Assembly (NCBI GenBank): GCA_964005815.1
Contig: CAXFSR010000044.1
Coordinates: 1-12,695 of the forward strand
Length of the DNA stretch: 12,695 bases
Direction: 5' to 3'
Origin: an uncultured Nitrospinaceae bacterium
GTDB taxonomy: Bacteria > UBA8248
In this document: one piece after another, positions 6,626 to 12,695 of the stretch
Position numbering within the stretch: position 1 is the first letter of the stretch
Layout: each line of letters starts with the position of its first letter
The notes under the pieces: model-generated
Seen by the model: the letters and a program-made list of their open reading frames with translations, nothing else
The model's database searches: none
What the model was told of the DNA's origin: nothing
Translations under genes and position numbers: made by a program

Positions 6626-7393
6626 ATGGAAAAAAGCAAAACAATTGAATATACAATCAAGAACCATGTCGCATGGATCACTTTAAATAGACCTGAAAAG
6701 AAAAATGCGATCAATAGAACAATGCGCAAAGAAATTCAAGAAGCATATACGGATGTGAAATTCAACGATGAAGTCTGGGCTACTGTGATCACGGCAAATG
6801 GGGATGTGTTTTGCTCTGGAAAAGATCTTCTCGAAAAATTGCCGGAAGATGACGGAGAAGTAATGTCAAATGATGAATTATATTTATTTCTAAGACATAT
6901 TTATAAGCCAGTTATCTGTGCAATTAATGGTCCCTGTTTAGCACAAGGTGGTGGATTTGCACTCAATTCAGATATAGTTATTATGAGCGAAAATTCATCT
7001 ATAGGATGGCCACAAGTTAAAAGAGGAATCTCTTCTGTTAGTGGACCTGTCTTACTTGCACAATCAATTCCATGGACACAAGCAATGAGTTATTTAATGA
7101 GAGCAAAATTCATTCCGGCAAAAGAATGTTTTCGTTTTGGAATTGCAAATGAAATTGTCCCTTTGGAAGAACTATCTGATACAGCAGAACGTTGGGCAAA
7201 AGAAATACTTTCTAATGCTCCTGCAGCAGTTTGTGCAGTAAAAGAAGCAGCTAGAAGAGGAGAACATCTTCCTTTTGTTGACAGGATGTTTTTAGCTAGA
7301 GATATTGCGAATAAAGTCTTGCATACAGAAGATTCGAAAGAAGGCATTTTAGCTTTCAAAGAAAAAAGAGAACCAAAATGGAAAGGAAAATAA
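6626..7393 (+). CDS. Enoyl-CoA hydratase/isomerase (crotonase) superfamily protein with atypical active site
   Basis: ITLNRPEKKNAIN, FCSGKDL, KPVICAING and EDSKEGILAFKEKREPKWKG; RBS AGGAG at 6613-6617. Confidence 0.93.
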   Translation: MEKSKTIEYTIKNHVAWITLNRPEKKNAINRTMRKEIQEAYTDVKFNDEVWATVITANGDVFCSGKDLLEKLPEDDGEVMSNDELYLFLRHIYKPVICAINGPCLAQGGGFALNSDIVIMSENSSIGWPQVKRGISSVSGPVLLAQSIPWTQAMSYLMRAKFIPAKECFRFGIANEIVPLEELSDTAERWAKEILSNAPAAVCAVKEAARRGEHLPFVDRMFLARDIANKVLHTEDSKEGILAFKEKREPKWKGK

Positions 7394-8598
7394 TGTCGGA
7401 AGCTTCATCTATGTCTCCTCTATCAGGATTAAAAGTATTTGATATGACTCAGATTATTGCTGGGCCATTTTGCACAACTATGTTAGCCGATCTTGGAGCA
7501 GAAATAGTCAAACTAGAACGGCCGCCAAACGGTGACGATACAAGAACTGTTGGACGATACAAGGGAAGAGAGAATCACGAAGATTATTTCTACGCAAACA
7601 ATAGATCAAAAAAAAGTATAGTTCTAAATCTCAAAAATGAAACTGACCGTCTAGCAGCTATTGCACTAGCCAAAGAAGCTGATGTTCTAGTAGAAAATTT
7701 AGCTATCGGAACTGCAGAAAAGTTTGGTCTTGGCTGGAACACTTTAAAGAAAGAAAACATTAAACTTGTATACTGTTCACTATCCGGATTCGGACAAACA
7801 GGTCCTTATAAAAATCGAGTTGCTTTAGATCCAATACTCCAGTCTATCTCTGGAATGATGAGTGTTACAGGAGTGCCAAAAGGGGAGCCTATGCAATTAG
7901 GCGCACCCATTGTAGATTCGATCGCGGGAATGTTCGCAGCATATGCAATTTTAGGTGCATTACACTCAGTACAAAAAGAAGGAAAAGGAAGATACATTGA
8001 CATAAGCATGCAGGATTCAATCCTTTCAGTTTTAGGACCACGAATGGGTGAAATTTTACAAGCTGGAATAACTCCAGAAAGGCATGGAAATGAAAATCCA
8101 ATGAGAGTTCCTGCAAACACATATAAAACCAAAGACAATAAAAATATAACAGTAATTGTTCAAAATGACCGGTATTGGAAACCTTTTTGTATTGCTCTTA
8201 AAAAAGAAAAATGGATTAATGATCCTCGTTTTTCAACAATGGAAGGAAGAAGAAAAAATCGCGATTTAATTAACAAAATCGCTACACAGTGTTTTATTTC
8301 TAATACTTCAGATTACTGGGAAAGCAGACTTGAATCACAACGAGTTCCATTTGCAATTGTGAACGATTACAAATCTGCCTTAGAAGATATTCAAGTTCAA
8401 CATCGAGAATTGATAAAAACTGTTTCTCATCCTACATCGGGAGAAATACGAGTTGTTGGCCCCCCCTGGAAAATGAGCGGGACACAAGCAAAAATCACAC
8501 CACCACCTTTAATTGGGGAACATACTACAGAAGTTTTAAAACAATGGTTAAATTGGAATGATTTTCAAATACAAGATTTTCAAAACAAAAGAACTTAG
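7393..8598 (+). CDS. Family III (CaiB/BaiF) CoA-transferase
   Basis: PLSGLKVFD, AGPFCTTMLADLGAEIVKLE, NRSKKSIVLNLK, SGFGQTGPY, catalytic Asp in PIVDSIAG, and PPLIGEHT. Start is most likely ATG 7393, overlapping the crotonase stop (TAATG), implying translational coupling. Confidence 0.95.
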   Translation: MSEASSMSPLSGLKVFDMTQIIAGPFCTTMLADLGAEIVKLERPPNGDDTRTVGRYKGRENHEDYFYANNRSKKSIVLNLKNETDRLAAIALAKEADVLVENLAIGTAEKFGLGWNTLKKENIKLVYCSLSGFGQTGPYKNRVALDPILQSISGMMSVTGVPKGEPMQLGAPIVDSIAGMFAAYAILGALHSVQKEGKGRYIDISMQDSILSVLGPRMGEILQAGITPERHGNENPMRVPANTYKTKDNKNITVIVQNDRYWKPFCIALKKEKWINDPRFSTMEGRRKNRDLINKIATQCFISNTSDYWESRLESQRVPFAIVNDYKSALEDIQVQHRELIKTVSHPTSGEIRVVGPPWKMSGTQAKITPPPLIGEHTTEVLKQWLNWNDFQIQDFQNKRT

Positions 8599-8692
8599 CA
8601 ACATAAATTCTTTGTTTTTAGGCCTTGTATGTATAAAAATTTTGTAATATTTAGTCCGAAGATAGTTGATAGAAACATCCTCATCATATTAA

Positions 8693-8730
8693 AATCACTT
8701 TCGTTGGGGGAAAGTGATTATGTTTTTTTT
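8693..8730 (+). terminator. Terminator-like hairpin upstream of coxB
   Basis: AATCACTTTC (8693-8702)-GTTGGGG-GAAAGTGATT (8710-8719), then ATGTTTTTTTT. Confidence 0.55.
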
Positions 8731-8773
8731 AAGTAATTTTTTTATTTAACAGTCGCCGGAGGGAATTTTTAAT

Positions 8774-9448
8774 ATGTTAGACTGGCTTCCTGAAAATATT
8801 TCATTGGAAGGAAAAGAAGTTGATTTTTTCTTCTACATTTCTTACTACCTAACAAATGTAGCTTTCATACTCGTTGCAGTAACCATGGTTGCTTTCCTCA
8901 TAATTTACAGACAAAAACCCGGGAAAAAAGCTAAATACTCACATGGCAATAACACTCTTGAAATAATTTGGACAGTCGTTCCAACAGTGATTCTCTTGGT
9001 TTTTGTTTTAATGACCCAAGCTTCTTGGGCCAGACTAAAGTATACCCCCCCTTCTAATCCAGACGTTAGAGTAGAGGTAATCGGGAAGCAGTTCAACTGG
9101 GTTGTCGTTTACCCTGGTCCAGATAAAAAATTTGGAACTGCTGATGATCTAAAACTAGACAATCAACTGAATGTTCCTGTTAATAAACAAGTACTAATTA
9201 CTCTAAAAGGTGAAGATGTTATTCATAGTTTTTTCATTCCTGCTGTGAGATTAAAACAAGATATTCTTCCTGGAAAAGAAATTCCTTTCTGGTTTACGCC
9301 TATTAAAACAGGAAAATACGAGATGCCATGTGCAGAGTTATGCGGGGTTGGACATTCAGGAATGAATGGGGAGTTAGTGGTACATACTGAAGAAAGTTAC
9401 CGGAAATGGTTAAAAACCGCTTGGTCAAAAAAAGAAGAGAAATCTTAA
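8774..9448 (+). CDS. coxB: Cytochrome c oxidase subunit II
   Basis: Two TM helices, LEIIWT, GKQFNW, and CuA ligands DVIHSF...CAELCGVGHSGM; RBS GGAGGG. No signal peptide and no fused cytochrome c domain. Confidence 0.96.
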   Translation: MLDWLPENISLEGKEVDFFFYISYYLTNVAFILVAVTMVAFLIIYRQKPGKKAKYSHGNNTLEIIWTVVPTVILLVFVLMTQASWARLKYTPPSNPDVRVEVIGKQFNWVVVYPGPDKKFGTADDLKLDNQLNVPVNKQVLITLKGEDVIHSFFIPAVRLKQDILPGKEIPFWFTPIKTGKYEMPCAELCGVGHSGMNGELVVHTEESYRKWLKTAWSKKEEKS

Positions 9449-9481
9449 AATACTTAATTTAAATTAGGGGACAACCCAAGC

Positions 9482-11458
9482 ATGAGCGAATCAAATCATA
9501 CAAGTTCAACACACGACGATCACCATTCACATGGTGGATTTTGGAGTACTTATATTTTTTCGTTTGATCACAAGACTATAGGGAAACAGTTTTTGTGGCT
9601 TGGCTTAATAATGATGATAGTGGGTGGTTTGCTCGCCCTAATGTTTAGATGGCAACTAGCTTGGCCTGTAGAAAAATTTGACACTGCTATTTGGGGTCTT
9701 AGTTGGCTTTCTGATGAAAACCCACTTCTTCCTGAAGGAAAAATGGGTCCCGATGTCTATAATATGTTTGTCACTATGCATGCAACAATTATGGTTTTTT
9801 TAGTTGTTATGCCTATACTTGTTGGTTGTTTTGGAAATTTTCTCATCCCACTAATGATCGGTGCGAGGGATATGGCGTTCCCTTGGCTTAATATGCTTTC
9901 TTTCTGGACTGCAGTTTTAGGCGCCATCGTCATGTCATGGGGATTTTTTGTTGAAGGTGGACACGCTTCTGCTGGGTGGACTGGATATGCTCCTTTATCA
10001 ACCGTATCAGAATATACTGGTGTTGAGTGGGGACAAAATTTATGGGCAATTAGTCTATTTATCCTTAGTCTTTCATCACTCATGGGCTCCGTAAATTACA
10101 TAACAACTATAATTAATATGCGAACAAAAGGTATGAACTGGTTTAGAATGCCTCTATCGGTTTGGGCATTATTTATTACTGCAATTTTAGGCTTGCTTGC
10201 ACTGCCAATTTTGGGTTCAGCCTGTGCACTCATGATTTTTGACAGGGTTTTTGAAACTGCTTTTTTTAATCCAGCAAAAGGCGGAGAACCTCTTTTGTGG
10301 CAACACCTTTTCTGGTATTTTGGGCATCCTGAAGTGTATATACTTATCCTCCCAGCAATGGGTATGGCCTCTGACATATTGAGTGTTTTCTCCAGAAAAC
10401 CTGTTTTCGGTTACAGGGCAATGGTATATGCAATGGCTTCTATTGCATTCCTGTCCTGGATTGTTTGGGGTCACCATATGTTTCAATCTGGCATGAATCC
10501 TGCATTAGGCACTGCATTCATGATGACTACACTTGTTATTGCTATTCCCTCTGCCATAAAAACATTCAATTGGCTCGGCACACTTTACGGTGGTTCCATT
10601 AGGTTTACACTTCCAATGCTCCATGCACTGGCTTTTGTTATTCTTTTTGTGGTAGGTGGACTAAGCGGAATTTATATGGCATCAAACGTAGTTGATATCT
10701 ACATACACGACACCTATTTTATCGTCGCCCATTTCCATTACGTTATTTTTGGCGGAACGATGTTTGCTATTTTTGGGGGTATTGCATATTGGTTCCCAAA
10801 AATGTTTTCCACTTATTTTGATAGCGCTCTGGGCAAAGTGCATTTCTGGTTAACTTTCATATTCTTCAACTTAGCTTTTTTCCCTATGCATATTCTAGGA
10901 GTTGGTGGACATATGAGAAGGATTTATGATCCTACTCAGTATGAGTATTTAGCAGATCTGCAACCTATGAATGTTTTTATTACTCTAGCGGCTGCGGGTA
11001 TGGCTCTAGGTCAAATTCCATTCGCCTTAAATTTCTTTGGTAGTATTTTTAGTTTAAGTGGAAAAATATACAAACATTTCACTCAAATTTCTTCAAGTTT
11101 AATTGTTGGATTTATATCCTACAAATCTGTTGCATTTGTCCTAGAAGGAATAACTAAACCTGTTATTACAAATACTACACGAACAATTTCTGGCATTGTA
11201 TCAATCGTTTTCTTTATTCTTGTTTATCGTTACTTAACTCGCAACATGAAGACTTTTGGAGAGATTGCTGTACAAAATCCTTGGGACGCAAATTCACTCG
11301 AGTGGGTCGCTCCAACTCCTGCGCCACACGGAAATTTTGGTCCTGAATTGCCTGTTGTATTCAGGAACCCTTATGAATATAGCGTTCCCGGAGAAACTGA
11401 AGACTGGGCACCTCAAACTACACCTTTAAAACCTCAGACAGATGGGGCATCGCACTAG
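9482..11458 (+). CDS. coxA: Cytochrome c oxidase subunit I, type A1 heme-copper oxidase
   Basis: All six His ligands (TMHAT, FGHPEVY, VWGHH, VAHFHY), D-channel DMAFP..N and the PEVY Glu, K-channel SAIK, and MRRIY. Confidence 0.97.
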   Translation: MSESNHTSSTHDDHHSHGGFWSTYIFSFDHKTIGKQFLWLGLIMMIVGGLLALMFRWQLAWPVEKFDTAIWGLSWLSDENPLLPEGKMGPDVYNMFVTMHATIMVFLVVMPILVGCFGNFLIPLMIGARDMAFPWLNMLSFWTAVLGAIVMSWGFFVEGGHASAGWTGYAPLSTVSEYTGVEWGQNLWAISLFILSLSSLMGSVNYITTIINMRTKGMNWFRMPLSVWALFITAILGLLALPILGSACALMIFDRVFETAFFNPAKGGEPLLWQHLFWYFGHPEVYILILPAMGMASDILSVFSRKPVFGYRAMVYAMASIAFLSWIVWGHHMFQSGMNPALGTAFMMTTLVIAIPSAIKTFNWLGTLYGGSIRFTLPMLHALAFVILFVVGGLSGIYMASNVVDIYIHDTYFIVAHFHYVIFGGTMFAIFGGIAYWFPKMFSTYFDSALGKVHFWLTFIFFNLAFFPMHILGVGGHMRRIYDPTQYEYLADLQPMNVFITLAAAGMALGQIPFALNFFGSIFSLSGKIYKHFTQISSSLIVGFISYKSVAFVLEGITKPVITNTTRTISGIVSIVFFILVYRYLTRNMKTFGEIAVQNPWDANSLEWVAPTPAPHGNFGPELPVVFRNPYEYSVPGETEDWAPQTTPLKPQTDGASH

Positions 11459-11477
11459 TTTTTTAGAGGTTTTTAAA

Positions 11478-12431
11478 ATGGTTTCTCTTGAAGTTCCATC
11501 CCAAAAAGGGGGTAGGAAATCAAATTCGGTAGCATGGGCACATTGCTTCTGTGCACTTTCCTGTTTCGTCACTGTCCTTCTCATCTTATTCGGCGGCTTA
11601 GTTACCAGCATGGGTGCAGGACTTGCTGTACCAGATTGGCCCACAAGTTTCGGATATAATATGTTCTTGTTTCCATGGTCAAAAATGATTGGAGGTATTT
11701 TTTATGAACATATGCATAGACTATTGGGATCAGTTGTAGGAATCCTTACTGTTTCAACTGCGATAATTATTTTTCTGACCGACACAAGAAAATGGTTGAA
11801 ATACTTATCTTTTTTAGCATGCGTACTTGTAATCTTCCAAGGAATTCTTGGAGGACTCAGAGTAGTTCTTATCGAATTAGATCTTGCAATTGTTCACGCA
11901 TGTGTCGCTCAACTTTTTTTTGCACTCATGGTATCCATGACGCTTTTTACCTCAAAAGGTTGGGTGGAAAATAACAACTCTAATCAAAATGACTCAAAAC
12001 TAAATTTTCTTGCAATTTTGACTGTTTGCTCAATATATGTTCAAACAATTTTAGGTGCCCTTCTTCGACACACAGGCAATATGTTAGAAGCCCATTTCCT
12101 ATTTGCTTTTATTGTAGCATCATTGATTATTTGGTTATGCGTTCGTGCGAACAGGGTCCATTATGACAATAAAAAAATTTTAAGAAATGCTAATTGGTTA
12201 GGATTTATCCTCTGTTTACAAATTCTTCTCGGTATTTTTGCATTTATCCAAAAATATACGATCCTAGGAAAAAATTTTGCTTATTCAATATTTTTAATTT
12301 CGACTTCTCTACATGTTGTTTTTGGAGCACTATTACTTGCTTTTGCAATTACGCTTACTTTGAGGATCCTCCGCTTTCCTTTTAAAAACTCAAATATTAT
12401 TCGGTCTGACTCTTTAGAAATGAGCGTTTAG
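11478..12431 (+). CDS. ctaA: Heme A synthase (COX15/CtaA family)
   Basis: GGLVTSMGAGLAVPDWP, EHMHR, QGILGG and further His residues (VHA, AHF, LHV); about 8 TM segments. AGAGG at 11465-11469 favours ATG 11478 over 11442. Confidence 0.9.
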   Translation: MVSLEVPSQKGGRKSNSVAWAHCFCALSCFVTVLLILFGGLVTSMGAGLAVPDWPTSFGYNMFLFPWSKMIGGIFYEHMHRLLGSVVGILTVSTAIIIFLTDTRKWLKYLSFLACVLVIFQGILGGLRVVLIELDLAIVHACVAQLFFALMVSMTLFTSKGWVENNNSNQNDSKLNFLAILTVCSIYVQTILGALLRHTGNMLEAHFLFAFIVASLIIWLCVRANRVHYDNKKILRNANWLGFILCLQILLGIFAFIQKYTILGKNFAYSIFLISTSLHVVFGALLLAFAITLTLRILRFPFKNSNIIRSDSLEMSV

Positions 12432-12432
12432 C

Positions 12433-12695
12433 ATGAGTTTTTTTATTCAAACTACAAATTTAGAAAAATTTGCTAGAAGTAAAAAATGGACTTTTTTTTT
12501 CAACTTGATAAAACCTCGGCTTGTTCCTATGGTTCTAATTGCTACTGCCTCAGGTTTTTATTTAGGAACTCCCACGAAAATCGATTTATTAACACTATTT
12601 CATGTTTTACTCGGAACCGCTCTTGCCTCTAGCGGCACCTTGGCACTAAATCAGGTTATAGAAAAAGATATTGACAAAAAAATGAAAAGGACAAA
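12433..12695 (+). CDS. ctaB: Protoheme IX farnesyltransferase (heme O synthase), 5' part, truncated by the window end
   Basis: Absent from the ORF track. Manual translation MSFFIQTTNLEKFARSKKWTFFFNLIKPRLVPMVLIATASGFYLG...GTALASSGTLALNQVIEKDIDKKMKRT contains the LxKPR and NxxxExDIDxxMxRT CtaB/CyoE motifs. Confidence 0.93.
   Translation, partial: MSFFIQTTNLEKFARSKKWTFFFNLIKPRLVPMVLIATASGFYLGTPTKIDLLTLFHVLLGTALASSGTLALNQVIEKDIDKKMKRT

Noticed and set aside
8666..8679. FNR/CRP-like box upstream of coxB (TTGAT-AGAA-ACATC)
   Set aside because: Only the left half matches TTGAT-N4-ATCAA.
9482..9535. His-rich N-terminus of CoxA (HTSSTHDDHHSH) as a novel metal-binding tag
   Set aside because: His-rich N-terminal tails are common in bacterial subunit I proteins.
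7090..12385. Remaining short overlapping ORFs within the crotonase, CoA-transferase, cox and ctaA genes
   Set aside because: Shadow ORFs with no RBS or motif support.

Overview
AT-rich bacterial chromosomal window with no integrase, transposase or CRISPR array. Left to right: (1) tRNA-Arg(ACG) on the minus strand. (2) A small plus-strand cluster: DUF378 membrane protein, an unannotated 33-aa ORF with an RBS, a secreted single-domain fasciclin (FAS1), a GC-rich structured intergenic element, and a 66-68 aa protein resembling a marine phage hypothetical family. Its promoter carries five TGTCTA/TAGACA boxes, four of them as two 11-bp-spaced pairs, plus a perfect 11-bp dyad, suggesting a CarH/LitR-type light-responsive operator. 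(3) A stand-alone PII gene. (4) An RNase Z/AtsA-like metallo-beta-lactamase-fold hydrolase divergent from a TAXI-TRAP transporter, followed by a crotonase lacking both canonical catalytic glutamates and a family III CoA-transferase, possibly an uncharacterised catabolic module. (5) The start of an A1-type cytochrome c oxidase operon (coxB-coxA-ctaA-ctaB, ctaB cut by the window edge), with a ~65-aa hydrophobic insertion in CoxA and a CtaA lacking the usual loop cysteines. All family assignments come from motif recognition by eye; no database searches were run.
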